Notes under the pieces: model-generated
What the model saw: the letters and a program-made list of their open reading frames with translations, nothing else
The model's database searches: none
What the model was told of the DNA's origin: nothing
Program-made: the position numbers and the translations under genes
Part shown: positions 1 to 9,053 of the stretch, piece by piece
How positions within the stretch are numbered: position 1 is the first letter of the stretch
Layout: each line of letters begins with the position of its first letter
Assembly (NCBI GenBank): GCA_963845515.1
Contig: CAWJSR010000026.1
Coordinates: 64,001-128,000 of the forward strand
Origin: an uncultured delta proteobacterium
GTDB lineage: Bacteria > Myxococcota > Myxococcia > Myxococcales > Anaeromyxobacteraceae
Reading direction: 5' to 3'
DNA: 64,000 nt

Positions 1-513
1 GATCCAGAGCGGCCCCGCTATGGCGCGCCGGGTCGTCTGGAGGACCGCCATGTCGATCCCGAGCCGGACCGCGCCGGCGCGACCGCCCATGATCGGCTCC
101 GCGATGTCGAGGGAGCGGCGCTCGCCGTCGACGGCCACGATCGGCCCCGACACCCCCGAGCGCCGCAGGGGCAGCAGCCGCAGCGCCTCGCCGTCCGGGA
201 GCGAGCTCGCGAGCACCTCGCCGTCGCGCGCGATGAAGCAGTAGGCGATCCCCTCGCTCCGCGCGGTCCTGACCACCAGCTCGTCCAGCGTGACCGTGTC
301 GTTCGTGAGGATCGCGTCGGCCGCCTGCGAGGCGACCAGCCGCGCGACGGCGCCACCGAGCGCCGCCTGCTCGCGGGCGAGCGCGCCGCTCGCGACACGG
401 TTGCCCACGGCGAGGTGGACCGCGTGGGTCGCGACGACGGCGACGGCGCCGAAGGCCGCGAGCTTGACCCAGAGCCGCACGCCCCGGGACTCGGCAGGCC
501 ACGCCGCGCTCAC
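1..513 (-). CDS. N-terminal part of a membrane sensor protein, probably a histidine kinase (runs off window)
   Basis: GTG at 513 overlaps the TGA of the upstream gene (GTGA). Manual translation gives VSAAWPAESRGVRLWVKLAAFGAVAVVATHAVHLAVG (TM), a periplasmic segment (...GIAYCFIARDGEVLASS...GAVRLGIDM) and the start of a second TM. The kinase domain is not visible. Confidence 0.6.
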   Translation of the reverse strand, partial: MSAAWPAESRGVRLWVKLAAFGAVAVVATHAVHLAVGNRVASGALAREQAALGGAVARLVASQAADAILTNDTVTLDELVVRTARSEGIAYCFIARDGEVLASSLPDGEALRLLPLRRSGVSGPIVAVDGERRSLDIAEPIMGGRAGAVRLGIDMAVLQTTRRAIAGPLWI

Positions 514-1454
514 CAGGTCGCCTCCATCACGGCGCGCGCGCCGTCGTAGTGGGTCCTGGGCACCCTGGCGAACCCCTGCAGCCCCATCGCCTCCAGCGCC
601 TTCGCCCCCTCGGGATCGCTGGCGAGCGACAGCAGCGCCTCGCGGATCGCCTCGCGCCTCGCGTGCGGAAGCGCGGTGGAGACGACGACCGGCGGGGAGC
701 CGAACGGCGGGGAGACGTCGATGACCCTCACCGCCTTCCTCAGCTCCGGTCGCCCCTTCGCCATCTCCTCGAAGATCAGGCTGTCGACGCACGCACCGTC
801 CACCACCCCCTTCGCGACCGCCTCGACCGACCGGTCGTGGCTGCGGGTGAGCTGGATGCTGGAGAAGAAGGTGGCCTGGTCGGCCTCGTGCCGCCTCAGC
901 CAGTAGACCGCGTAGGCGCGCCCAGTGAGGGAGAGCTCGTCGGTGAAGGCGAACCTCTTGCCGGCGAGATCGGCGAGCGACCTGGCGCGGCTCGCCGCCG
1001 GGACGATCACGTAGGAGCTGTAGGTGGTGACGCCGCCGACTATCGGCACCGCGACGAGCTCCACCTTCTCAGGGGCGCGGTGCTCGAGCTCGAGGAACCC
1101 GCCGGTGCAGATCATGGCCGCGTCGACCTGGCCGGCGACGAGGAGGTCGTTCACCTCGCGGTAGGTCTTCCGCTGGACGAACTCGATCTCGACCCCGAGC
1201 CGCTTCGCGATGAGCTCGAACGCATGCGAGTAGGACTCGAAGGTGTCCTGGGGCGACAGCATCGCGGCGACCGAGAAGCGCAGCTTGCCGGGCTGGGCTG
1301 GCTTCGCGGTGGTGGCCTGGACGGCGCTTGCGACTGGAGCCCGTGCCGCCGGCTCGACGCGCGCCTCGGGGTATGGGCTCGACGGGCAGGCCGCGAGAGC
1401 CGGCGCGAGCAGCACGGACACGGCGAGCAGCGAGCAGCGCGACAGCGCGGACAT
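510..1454 (-). CDS. PhnD-like periplasmic substrate-binding lipoprotein (AioX/ArrT-like sensor partner)
   Basis: Lipoprotein-like signal (LAAC); motifs QRKTYREVNDLL, DAAMICTGG, FAFTDELSLTG, SHDRSVEAVAKGVVDGACVDSLIFE, SPPFGSPPVV typical of the PhnD/phosphonate-binding fold. Confidence 0.8.
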   Translation of the reverse strand: MSALSRCSLLAVSVLLAPALAACPSSPYPEARVEPAARAPVASAVQATTAKPAQPGKLRFSVAAMLSPQDTFESYSHAFELIAKRLGVEIEFVQRKTYREVNDLLVAGQVDAAMICTGGFLELEHRAPEKVELVAVPIVGGVTTYSSYVIVPAASRARSLADLAGKRFAFTDELSLTGRAYAVYWLRRHEADQATFFSSIQLTRSHDRSVEAVAKGVVDGACVDSLIFEEMAKGRPELRKAVRVIDVSPPFGSPPVVVSTALPHARREAIREALLSLASDPEGAKALEAMGLQGFARVPRTHYDGARAVMEATW

Positions 1455-1635
1455 GGCGACCTCGTGACAACGTCCAGTGTCAGCCTACTTCATCGCGGAA
1501 GGTAGGCCTCGACCGAGTGTCACGATTGCTGGACTGTGACGGTCCGCCGCGGCACTTGCCTGCAACTCCGAGAGGCGCCCGCCCGCAATCCCTCGCCCCG
1601 CCCAACCCACCAGTCGGACGGGCGCCCTCGAACCC

Positions 1636-1962
1636 TCAGAACCCGTCGTGCGGCCGCACCCTCGCGCTCGCGAGCAGCAGCCCCATCCCGCGGGCGCCGT
1701 TCTCGCCCAGGTAGCGGCGGAAGGCGTGACCGTCGAGGCGCATCCGCTGGATCGTCTCGGCGACCACCTCGTCGTAGTCACGGGCGTTCGGCTTCCGGAG
1801 CTCTATGGCGATCTTGAGGATCGCGCGCTGGAAGGCGGGGTCGATCCCCCCGTCCTCAGTCGCCTCGATCACCGTAGTCGCGGTCTTTCGTCCGGCTGCC
1901 ATCCGCTTCCTCCCGTCCCCGACCTTCTCCAGGAAACGGGGCGACGATACGTGACCAGCCAT
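1636..1962 (-). CDS. hypothetical protein (108 aa)
   Basis: Normal globular composition (IDPAFQRAILKIAIELRKPNARDYDEVVAETIQRMRLD) unlike shadow ORFs; start uncertain. Confidence 0.6.
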   Translation of the reverse strand: MAGHVSSPRFLEKVGDGRKRMAAGRKTATTVIEATEDGGIDPAFQRAILKIAIELRKPNARDYDEVVAETIQRMRLDGHAFRRYLGENGARGMGLLLASARVRPHDGF

Positions 1963-2138
1963 GTCCCGTCAATCAAACTGTGATCCATGGATCATGGCAG
2001 CCACGATCCAGTTGTCATGGTTCGCACCCAGAAGCCCTCCGCGACCAGCTTGCCCGGACGGCGCCGGGCGCGCCTGACGCCACAGGGCTCGTTTACTTGC
2101 GCACCGTCGCGTGGCAATCTCACGCGCTCTCCTTGGTC

Positions 2139-2789
2139 ATGCACACCGAGCGGCCCCGCTACATCGCGGTCGAAGGTCCCATCGGGGTCGGCAAGACCAC
2201 GCTCGCGCAGCTACTTGCGGAGCGGCTGGGCGGCCGCCTCATCACCGACGCGGTCGAGGAGAACCCCTTCCTCGCGGACTTCAACGGCGACAGGCGCAAG
2301 CACGCCTTCCAGACACAGCTCTTCTTCCTGCTGTCGCGCTTCCAGCAGCAGCAGGCGCTCTTCCAGCAGGACCTCTTCAGCCAGTCGACCGTCTCCGACT
2401 ACCTCTTCTCGAAGGATCGGATCTTCGCGGCCCACGCGCTCGCTCCCAACGAGCTCGGCCTCTACGAGCGGCTCTACGAGCTGCTGGGGCCACGGGTGGT
2501 GAAGCCCGACCTGGTCATCTACCTGCAGGCCCGGCACGAGGTGCTGCTGCAGCGGATCCGGCGGCGCGGCCGCGAGTTCGAGCGCCACGTCGACTCGGCG
2601 TGGATCGAGAGCCTGGCCAAGGCCTACAGCGACTTCTTCTTCCACTACGACGAGACGCCCCTCCTCGTGGTCAACGCCAGCGACATAGACCTCGAGCGCA
2701 ACCCGGAGGACGTCGAGACGCTCCTCGGCGTCATCCGCCGCCACCGCAAGGGCACCCAGCACTACGTTCCGCTGGGGACCCGAACCTGA
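2139..2789 (+). CDS. deoxynucleoside kinase
   Basis: YIAVEGPIGVGKTT P-loop, ENPFL, FQTQLFFLLSR, PDLVIYLQA; start set at ATG 2139. Confidence 0.92.
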   Translation: MHTERPRYIAVEGPIGVGKTTLAQLLAERLGGRLITDAVEENPFLADFNGDRRKHAFQTQLFFLLSRFQQQQALFQQDLFSQSTVSDYLFSKDRIFAAHALAPNELGLYERLYELLGPRVVKPDLVIYLQARHEVLLQRIRRRGREFERHVDSAWIESLAKAYSDFFFHYDETPLLVVNASDIDLERNPEDVETLLGVIRRHRKGTQHYVPLGTRT

Positions 2790-2852
2790 TAGATTCTCAT
2801 CCTTCTCCAACGGGCGGGACCCCGTCGCGGGGCCTACACCGGAGGAAGTCGA

Positions 2853-3767
2853 ATGTCCGTTCAGACCGCGCCTCGACGACACGTAACGATCCACGAGCTG
2901 AAGCGGATGAAGGCCGCGGCGGAGCCCATCGCCGTCGTCACCGCTTACGACGCCACCGCGGCGCGGCTGGTCGCGAACGCCGGCGTCGACGTCGTCCTGG
3001 TGGGCGACTCGGTGGGCATGGCGGTGCTCGGGTACGAGTCGACGCTCCCCGTCACCCTCGACCAGATGGTCTACCACTCGGCCGCCGTGCGCCGCGGGCT
3101 CGCCCGGGCGGGCGGCCACCCCCACCTCGTCTCCGACATGCCGTTCGGGAGCTACCAGGCGAGCGTGGACGACGCGGTGCGCGCGGCGATGCGGCTCGTC
3201 GCCGAGGGTGGCGCCGAGTCCGTGAAGCTCGAGGGGGGCCAGGACTACGTCCCGGTGATCCAGCGCATCGTCCGCGCCGGCGTCCCGGTCATGGGCCACA
3301 TCGGCCTCACGCCGCAGTCGGTCCACAAGATGGGCGGCTACGTGGTGCAGGGCAAGGACACCGAGAAGGCGCAGCAGCTCCTCCGCGACGCGCGCGCGCT
3401 GGAGGCGGCGGGCTGCTACGCCGTCACCCTCGAGTGCATCCCCACCGAGCTCGCCCGGATCATCAGCGGCCAGCTCTCCATCCCGACCATCGGGATCGGG
3501 GCGGGCCCGCACTGCGACGGGCAGGTGCTCGTCCTCAACGACCTCCTCGGGATGGACGACGCCTTCGTCCCCAAGTTCGTGAAGCGCTTCGCCGAGATCG
3601 GCCAGGCGGTCACCGGCGCGGTCGGCGGCTACGTGGCGGAGGTGAAGGCCCGCAGCTTCCCGGACGACGCCCACGCCTACCACTCCTCCGCGGTCCGGCT
3701 CGTGCCGGTGGCAGACGAGCAGGAAGAGCATCACGACGAGGCCGCCGCGTTCGGCGCCCCGGTGTAG
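2853..3767 (+). CDS. panB: 3-methyl-2-oxobutanoate hydroxymethyltransferase
   Basis: [58 protein letters not shown] upstream. Confidence 0.97.
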   Translation: MSVQTAPRRHVTIHELKRMKAAAEPIAVVTAYDATAARLVANAGVDVVLVGDSVGMAVLGYESTLPVTLDQMVYHSAAVRRGLARAGGHPHLVSDMPFGSYQASVDDAVRAAMRLVAEGGAESVKLEGGQDYVPVIQRIVRAGVPVMGHIGLTPQSVHKMGGYVVQGKDTEKAQQLLRDARALEAAGCYAVTLECIPTELARIISGQLSIPTIGIGAGPHCDGQVLVLNDLLGMDDAFVPKFVKRFAEIGQAVTGAVGGYVAEVKARSFPDDAHAYHSSAVRLVPVADEQEEHHDEAAAFGAPV

Positions 3768-3780
3768 ACTCGCCGGCGTC

Positions 3781-4647
3781 ATGAAGCCAGAGCTGGTCAC
3801 CGACCCTGCCGTTTGGCAGGCGCGCTGCGCTGCTGCCCGCGAGGGCGGCGCCCGAGTCGTCCTCGTCACCACGATGGGGTTCCTCCACGAGGGCCACCTG
3901 TCACTGATGCGCGAGGCGCGCGCACGCGCCGACGCGAGCGGCCGGCGGGGCCTGGCCGTGGCGACGATCTTCGTGAACCCCACGCAGTTCGGCCCCACCG
4001 AGGACCTCTCCCGCTACCCCCGCGACCTCGACGGTGACCTGGAGAAGTGCGGAGCGGCGGGCGTCGACTGGGTCCTCGCGCCGTCGTCGCCGTCGCTGGT
4101 CTTCCCACCGTCTCACCAGACCTGGATCGACGTGACCGGGGTCTCCCAGGGGCTCTGCGGCGGGCAGCGGCCCGGCCACTTCCGCGGCGTGTCCACGGTC
4201 GTCGCCAAGCTCTTCAACATGACGCGCCCGCACGTCGCGCTCTTCGGCGAGAAGGACTACCAGCAGCTCCAGGTGATCCGGACCATGGCGAGGGACCTCT
4301 TCATGGACGTCGAGGTCGTCGGGATGCCGATCGTGCGGGAGCCGGACGGGCTGGCCCTCTCTTCGCGGAACACCTACCTGTCGAAGCTGGAGCGGGAGCG
4401 GGCGCTCGCGCTCTCCCGCTCGCTCTTCGAGGCCCGCGACCGGGCGGCAGGCGGGGAGCGCGACTCCTCCACGCTCCGCGCGGGGATCGAGCGGGCGCTG
4501 TCGGCCGGGGTCGACCGGATCGACTACGTCGAGATCGTCCACCCCGAGACGCTCGCGCCGGTGGCGCGCGCCGAGCCCGGGGCGATGGCGCTCGTCGCCG
4601 CGTACGTCGGCAAGACACGGCTCATAGACAACGTGAAGCTGCCATGA
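3781..4647 (+). CDS. panC: pantoate--beta-alanine ligase
   Basis: TMGFLHEGHLSL, IFVNPTQFGP, RPGHFRGV, FGEKDYQQ, REPDGLALSSRN, RLIDN; follows panB. Confidence 0.97.
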   Translation: MKPELVTDPAVWQARCAAAREGGARVVLVTTMGFLHEGHLSLMREARARADASGRRGLAVATIFVNPTQFGPTEDLSRYPRDLDGDLEKCGAAGVDWVLAPSSPSLVFPPSHQTWIDVTGVSQGLCGGQRPGHFRGVSTVVAKLFNMTRPHVALFGEKDYQQLQVIRTMARDLFMDVEVVGMPIVREPDGLALSSRNTYLSKLERERALALSRSLFEARDRAAGGERDSSTLRAGIERALSAGVDRIDYVEIVHPETLAPVARAEPGAMALVAAYVGKTRLIDNVKLP

Positions 4648-5141
4648 GCCGCCACCCTTCCGGCGGAGGCAAGAAGCCGCCCGAGGGCGTGAAGGTCGTC
4701 GCGACCCACCGCCGCGCCCGCTTCGAGTACGAGATCGAGGAGCGGATCGAGGCCGGCCTGGCGCTCACGGGCAGCGAGGTGAAGTCGCTGCGGGACGCCA
4801 ACGTCAACCTCGCCGACGCCTACGCGCAGGTGAAGGGGGACGAGCTCTACCTCGTCAACTGCCGCATCGGCGAGTACGCGCAGGCAGCCCACTTCGGCCA
4901 CGCGCCACTCCGCGAGCGGAAGCTCCTCCTCCACCGCTCGGAGATCGAGAAGCTGCGCGGAAAGATCGAGCAGCGCGGCTACACGCTCGTCCCGCTCCAG
5001 CTCTACTTCAAGGACGGCTGGGCGAAGGTCGAGCTTGGCCTGGGCCGCGGCCGCACCCATGAGGACCGCCGGGACGCCATCGCCGAGCGCGAGTCGAAGC
5101 GCGAGATGGACCGCGCGATGGCGCGAGGACGGCGGCGGTAG
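4644..5141 (+). CDS. smpB: SsrA-binding protein
   Basis: ATGA overlap with panC; RRARFEYEI..IEAGLALTGSEVKSLR, RERKLLLH, GYTLVPLQLYFKDGWAKVELGL. Confidence 0.96.
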   Translation: MSRHPSGGGKKPPEGVKVVATHRRARFEYEIEERIEAGLALTGSEVKSLRDANVNLADAYAQVKGDELYLVNCRIGEYAQAAHFGHAPLRERKLLLHRSEIEKLRGKIEQRGYTLVPLQLYFKDGWAKVELGLGRGRTHEDRRDAIAERESKREMDRAMARGRRR

Positions 5142-5243
5142 GCTCCTGCCACCCCAACGGGGTCGGCGGCCTCCTCGGACCGGACCGGGGTACGATGCGC
5201 GGACGCCGTCCACCGACGGTCACCCCTCGCCGGAGGCTCCCAC

Positions 5244-5798
5244 ATGAAGCCGCACAAGCCGTCGACCGCTCGCGCCATCGCCGCTGCCGCGCTCCTCCTC
5301 GCGCTCTCCCCCGGGGCGGTCGACGCCGCCGAGGTGGGAGAGCTCCTGCCCAACGTCGAGCTCCGCGACGCCACCGACAGGCGGGCGAAGATCCCGGACC
5401 TCGGGGCCAAGGTCGTGGCGCTCTTCTACAACGACGCCGACGAAGCGGACATGAACGACCCGCTCGCCGACGCCATCAAGGCGAGGAAGTTCGACGAGGA
5501 GCGCTACCGCGGCGTCGGCGTCGCCAACCTCGCCGACTCCAAGGCGCCCAACTTCCTCATCCGCAAGATCGTCCGTGGGAAGATCGAGAAGTACAAGTCG
5601 ACCATCCTCACGGATCCCGACCGGCTCCTGGCGAAGGCCTGGAAGCTCGGGGACTGCAACAACACCTCGGTCTTCCTGCTCGTCGGGACGGATGGGAAGG
5701 TGGTGCACGTCCAGCGCGGGCCGATCCGCGGTGACGACATCGGCAAGATCGTCGAACGGATCGCCGGGCTCGTGGCGGCGGCCGCGCCGGTGAAGTGA
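5244..5798 (+). CDS. exported YtfJ-family / redoxin-like protein
   Basis: Signal peptide; thioredoxin-like layout (VGELLPNVELRD...ILTDPDRLLAKAWKL...VFLLVGTDGKVVHV); RBS GGAGG. Confidence 0.65.
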   Translation: MKPHKPSTARAIAAAALLLALSPGAVDAAEVGELLPNVELRDATDRRAKIPDLGAKVVALFYNDADEADMNDPLADAIKARKFDEERYRGVGVANLADSKAPNFLIRKIVRGKIEKYKSTILTDPDRLLAKAWKLGDCNNTSVFLLVGTDGKVVHVQRGPIRGDDIGKIVERIAGLVAAAAPVK

Positions 5799-5807
5799 GC
5801 TCTCTTC

Positions 5808-5830
5808 CCACTCCATCACTGATGGAGTGG
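5808..5830. terminator. perfect hairpin between convergent genes (possible terminator)
   Basis: CCACTCCATC-act-GATGGAGTGG, 10-bp stem; no clear U-tract. Confidence 0.45.
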
Positions 5831-5832
5831 CC

Positions 5833-5873
5833 GCCCCCTCACCCCTCCCTCTCCCCCGGTGGGGGAGAGGGGA
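5833..5873. repeat. pyrimidine/purine palindromic dispersed repeat, family A copy 1
   Basis: GCCCCCTCACCCCT-CCCTCTCCCCC-ggt-GGGGGAGAGGG-GA; 40/41 identical to 7033-7073. Confidence 0.85.
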
Positions 5874-6204
5874 AGGGCCCCACCGCCTTGCGCAGCGTGT
5901 CCCAGGTGTAGAGGCCGGTGGAGTGGCCGTCGGACCAGCTGATCTGGATGGCGTAGTTGCCGACCGGCTCGATCCGGAGCGGCCGGATGTCGTCCGGGAT
6001 GGAGGCCGGATCGAGCACCTTTCGCCCCGACCACTCCTCCACGCACTCGGCGCACGGACAGTGATCGCGCACCTGCTTGAACGGCACCTTCACCTCCGGC
6101 TCGCCCGTCCAGACGATCCGGAGCTGGCCGTCGTCGGTCAGAGCTATCTCCTCCGGCGGCGCGGAGTGGGAGGTCTTGAAGTCGATGCGATCGAGGAGGC
6201 CCAT
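5839..6204 (-). CDS. DUF971 / gamma-butyrobetaine hydroxylase N-terminal-like protein
   Basis: RDHCPCAEC, VGNYAIQISWSDGHSTGLYTWDTLR signature; start set at MGLLDRIDF. Confidence 0.9.
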   Translation of the reverse strand: MGLLDRIDFKTSHSAPPEEIALTDDGQLRIVWTGEPEVKVPFKQVRDHCPCAECVEEWSGRKVLDPASIPDDIRPLRIEPVGNYAIQISWSDGHSTGLYTWDTLRKAVGPFPSPPPGEREG

Positions 6205-6238
6205 GCAGGTATGTTGATTGCGCGCGGAGGGCTGCGCG

Positions 6239-6982
6239 TCAAGCGGATCGCGCGAGCGCGGCCACCAGGTCGGCGCGATCCTCCAGCGGGCTGCGGCAGG
6301 GCGGTCCATCGGCCACCAGCAGCTCCGACGCCCCCAGCTCGCCCGCCAGCCGCAGGAAGGTCGCGGAGCGGGTCCCGTAGACCGGATCCATGTGGATGCA
6401 GGTCGAGGTCCGCGCGCCGGGATCCGAGGCGTGCAGCGACATCACCTCGCGCAGGTGCGGGATCGAAGGCTCGACCGGCCAGCGGCTGCGGACCAGGTCG
6501 CCGCGCGGCCCGTCGCCGAAGGGCGAGCTCTCGGTCACGAGGTGGAGCCCGGGGCCGAGCGTCTCGACGCCGGCCCGCTCCCCGTCGTACCACCAGAGGA
6601 ACGCCTCGCTCGCGTCGGCCACCACCAGGTGGAAGGGGTTGAACGTCGCCGGGTCCAGCGCGGCGACCGCGCGCCGGGCGTCGGCCACCGTCGGGTGCGC
6701 GAGCGCGAGGCCGACGACCTCTCCGCGGGAGCGGCGGGCGGAGTCGGGGTACCAGTCGAACGGCGCGTGGTAGTTGGTCAGGCCGGCGAAGAGCCCGCGC
6801 GACGAGAGGCCGATCCAGGTGCCGCCCGCGACCTGGTCACGCGGCGCCGCGTACCGGATGCCGTTGGTGCCGTCGCGCAGCCCCCAGCCCTCCGAGGTGC
6901 GGTGGAGCCGCTCGTCGCGGTTCGCTGCGACCACCAGGGGCCAACGGCGGTCGGCCTGGAACGCCACGGCGAGCGTGCACAT
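6239..6982 (-). CDS. NRDE/TANGO2 family protein
   Basis: N-terminal MCTL..., AANRDE, AGGTWIG, LTNY, SRGEVV, YGTRSAT. Confidence 0.92.
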   Translation of the reverse strand: MCTLAVAFQADRRWPLVVAANRDERLHRTSEGWGLRDGTNGIRYAAPRDQVAGGTWIGLSSRGLFAGLTNYHAPFDWYPDSARRSRGEVVGLALAHPTVADARRAVAALDPATFNPFHLVVADASEAFLWWYDGERAGVETLGPGLHLVTESSPFGDGPRGDLVRSRWPVEPSIPHLREVMSLHASDPGARTSTCIHMDPVYGTRSATFLRLAGELGASELLVADGPPCRSPLEDRADLVAALARSA

Positions 6983-7032
6983 GCCCATTTCTTAGCACGC
7001 GCGGGGGCTCGACGCCGGTCGGGACCGAGGCT

Positions 7033-7073
7033 GCCCCCTCACCCCGCCCTCTCCCCCGGTGGGGGAGAGGGGA
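7033..7073. repeat. pyrimidine/purine palindromic dispersed repeat, family A copy 2
   Basis: Same as 5833-5873 except one base; 11-bp stem at 7047-7071. Confidence 0.85.
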
Positions 7074-7093
7074 GGTGATTCGAAGGGCCGCGG

Positions 7094-8881
7094 CTACTTC
7101 TCGGACGCGCGGCGGGCGCCCTTCACGCGCTCGAGGAGCGCCTGGCGGGTCAGCTCGAGCGAGCGGGGGAGCGTGGCGCCGAGCTTGTCGTACCACTCCT
7201 TCTGCGACTCCAGCTCCTGCTCCCACTCGCCGAGGTCGACCCTCATCGCTGCCTTGAGGTTGTCGAGCTTCATGTCGAGCCCCGCGAGGTTGATGTCCTC
7301 CTGGCGCGGAACCCAGCCGACGAGCGACTCGCGCGCGGGGACGCGACCGTGGGCGCGGTCGAGCACCCACTTGAGGACCCGCATGTTGTCGCCGTACCCC
7401 GGCCAGAGGAACCGGCCGTCCTGGCCCTTGCGGAACCAGTTGACCATGAAGATCTTGGGCGGGTTCGGGATCTTCGTCTGCATGTCCAGCCAGTGCTGGA
7501 GGTAGCTCCCGGCGTCGTAGCCGATGAACGGGAGCATCGCCATCGGGTCACGCCGGACGACGCCGACCGCGCCGGTGGCGGCGGCGGTGGTCTCGGAGCC
7601 GAGCGTGGACGCGAGCTGGACACCGTGCAGCCAGTTGAACGACTGGAGCACGAGCGGCATGGTGGTGGAGCGCCGGCCGCCGAAGATGAGCGCGGAGATC
7701 GGAACGCCCTGCGGATCGTCGTAGAACCGCGAGAGCGCCGGGTTGTTGATCATCGGCGCGGTGAAGCGGCTGTTCGGATGGGCCGCCTTCTCGGTCGAGC
7801 CCCGCTGCCACGTCGCGCCCTTCCAGTCGATCGCCTCGACCGGCGCCGGGTCGTCGTGCCCCTCCCACCAGACGTCGCCGCCAGCGGTCCGCGCCACGTT
7901 CGTGAAGAGCGTGTTCTTCTCCATCGAGCGCATCGCGTTCGGGTTGGTCTTCCGGCTCGTGCCGGGGACCACGCCGAAGTAGCCGGACTCGGGGTTGACG
8001 GCCCAGAGCCGACCGCCCTCTCCGACGCGCATCCAGGCGATGTCGTCGCCGATCGTCCGGACCTTCCAGCCCTCGAAGGACGCGGGGGGGATGAGCATCG
8101 CGAAGTTGGTCTTGCCGCAGGCGCTGGGGAACGCGGCCGCGATGTAGCTGACCTCGCCCTCGGGGCTCTGCGCCTCGAGGATGAGCATGTGCTCCGCGAG
8201 CCAGCCCTCGTTCTGCGCCTGGTAGCTGGCGATGCGGAGCGCGAGGCACTTCTTGCCGAGGAGCGCGTTGCCGCCGTAGCCCGAGCCGATCGACCAGATC
8301 GTGTTGTCCTGGGGGAAGTGGCAGATGAAGCGGCGGTCCGGGTTGCAGTCAGCGACCGCGTGCAGGCCCCGGTTGAAGTCGTCGGTGTCGCCGAGCCGGT
8401 CGAGCGCGACCTTCCCCATCCGCGCCATGATCCCCATGTTCAGGACAACGTAGATGGAGTCGGTGATCTCGATGCCGACCTTCGAGAAGGGGGAGGTCGC
8501 GGGCCCCATCACGTAGGGGACCACGTACATCGTCCGGCCCTTCATCGCGCCGTCGTAGAGGCCGCCGAGCTTCTTGTAGGCTTCGGCCGGCGCCATCCAG
8601 TTGTTGGTGGGGCCCGCCTGCTCCTTCGTCGGGGTGCAGATGAAGGTGAGGTGCTCGACGCGGGCGACGTCGTTCTGGTTGGAGTGGTGGTAGTAGCAGC
8701 CCGGCCACTTCTTCTGATCGAGCGGGATCAGCACCTTCTCGGCGACGGCTCGCTCGGTCAGGCTCTTCCGCTCGGACTCGCTCCCGTCACACCAGAAGAC
8801 GTTGTCCGGCTTGCAGAGCTTCGCCATCTCTTCGACCCAGCCGATGAGATGGGGGTTCTTCGTAGGACGCTCGTTGGACAT
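7094..8881 (-). CDS. pckG: phosphoenolpyruvate carboxykinase (GTP)
   Basis: NDVARVE, GPTNNW, GSGYGGNALLGKKC, WLAEHMLI, AAFPSACGKTNFAM, GDDIAW, HPNSRF, RRDPMAMLPF. Confidence 0.97.
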   Translation of the reverse strand: MSNERPTKNPHLIGWVEEMAKLCKPDNVFWCDGSESERKSLTERAVAEKVLIPLDQKKWPGCYYHHSNQNDVARVEHLTFICTPTKEQAGPTNNWMAPAEAYKKLGGLYDGAMKGRTMYVVPYVMGPATSPFSKVGIEITDSIYVVLNMGIMARMGKVALDRLGDTDDFNRGLHAVADCNPDRRFICHFPQDNTIWSIGSGYGGNALLGKKCLALRIASYQAQNEGWLAEHMLILEAQSPEGEVSYIAAAFPSACGKTNFAMLIPPASFEGWKVRTIGDDIAWMRVGEGGRLWAVNPESGYFGVVPGTSRKTNPNAMRSMEKNTLFTNVARTAGGDVWWEGHDDPAPVEAIDWKGATWQRGSTEKAAHPNSRFTAPMINNPALSRFYDDPQGVPISALIFGGRRSTTMPLVLQSFNWLHGVQLASTLGSETTAAATGAVGVVRRDPMAMLPFIGYDAGSYLQHWLDMQTKIPNPPKIFMVNWFRKGQDGRFLWPGYGDNMRVLKWVLDRAHGRVPARESLVGWVPRQEDINLAGLDMKLDNLKAAMRVDLGEWEQELESQKEWYDKLGATLPRSLELTRQALLERVKGARRASEK

Positions 8882-9053
8882 CCGCGTGTTCCCTTAGGTT
8901 GTCGGGCGGGAGAAACCGTCCGGAGTGGAGTCACGGAGGCGCTGCGGGGCTGCTAGGCGCGCGCAACCTAGCACAACCCCCCCCCCTTGCGGAACCGAAG
9001 TGAGCCCCTTTTTACGGCTAGCTGCCCGGCCAGCTGGCACCACCCAAGGGCCG

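Noticed and set aside
5142..5243. tmRNA (ssrA) next to smpB
   Set aside because: The gap is only ~100 nt and lacks tmRNA ends
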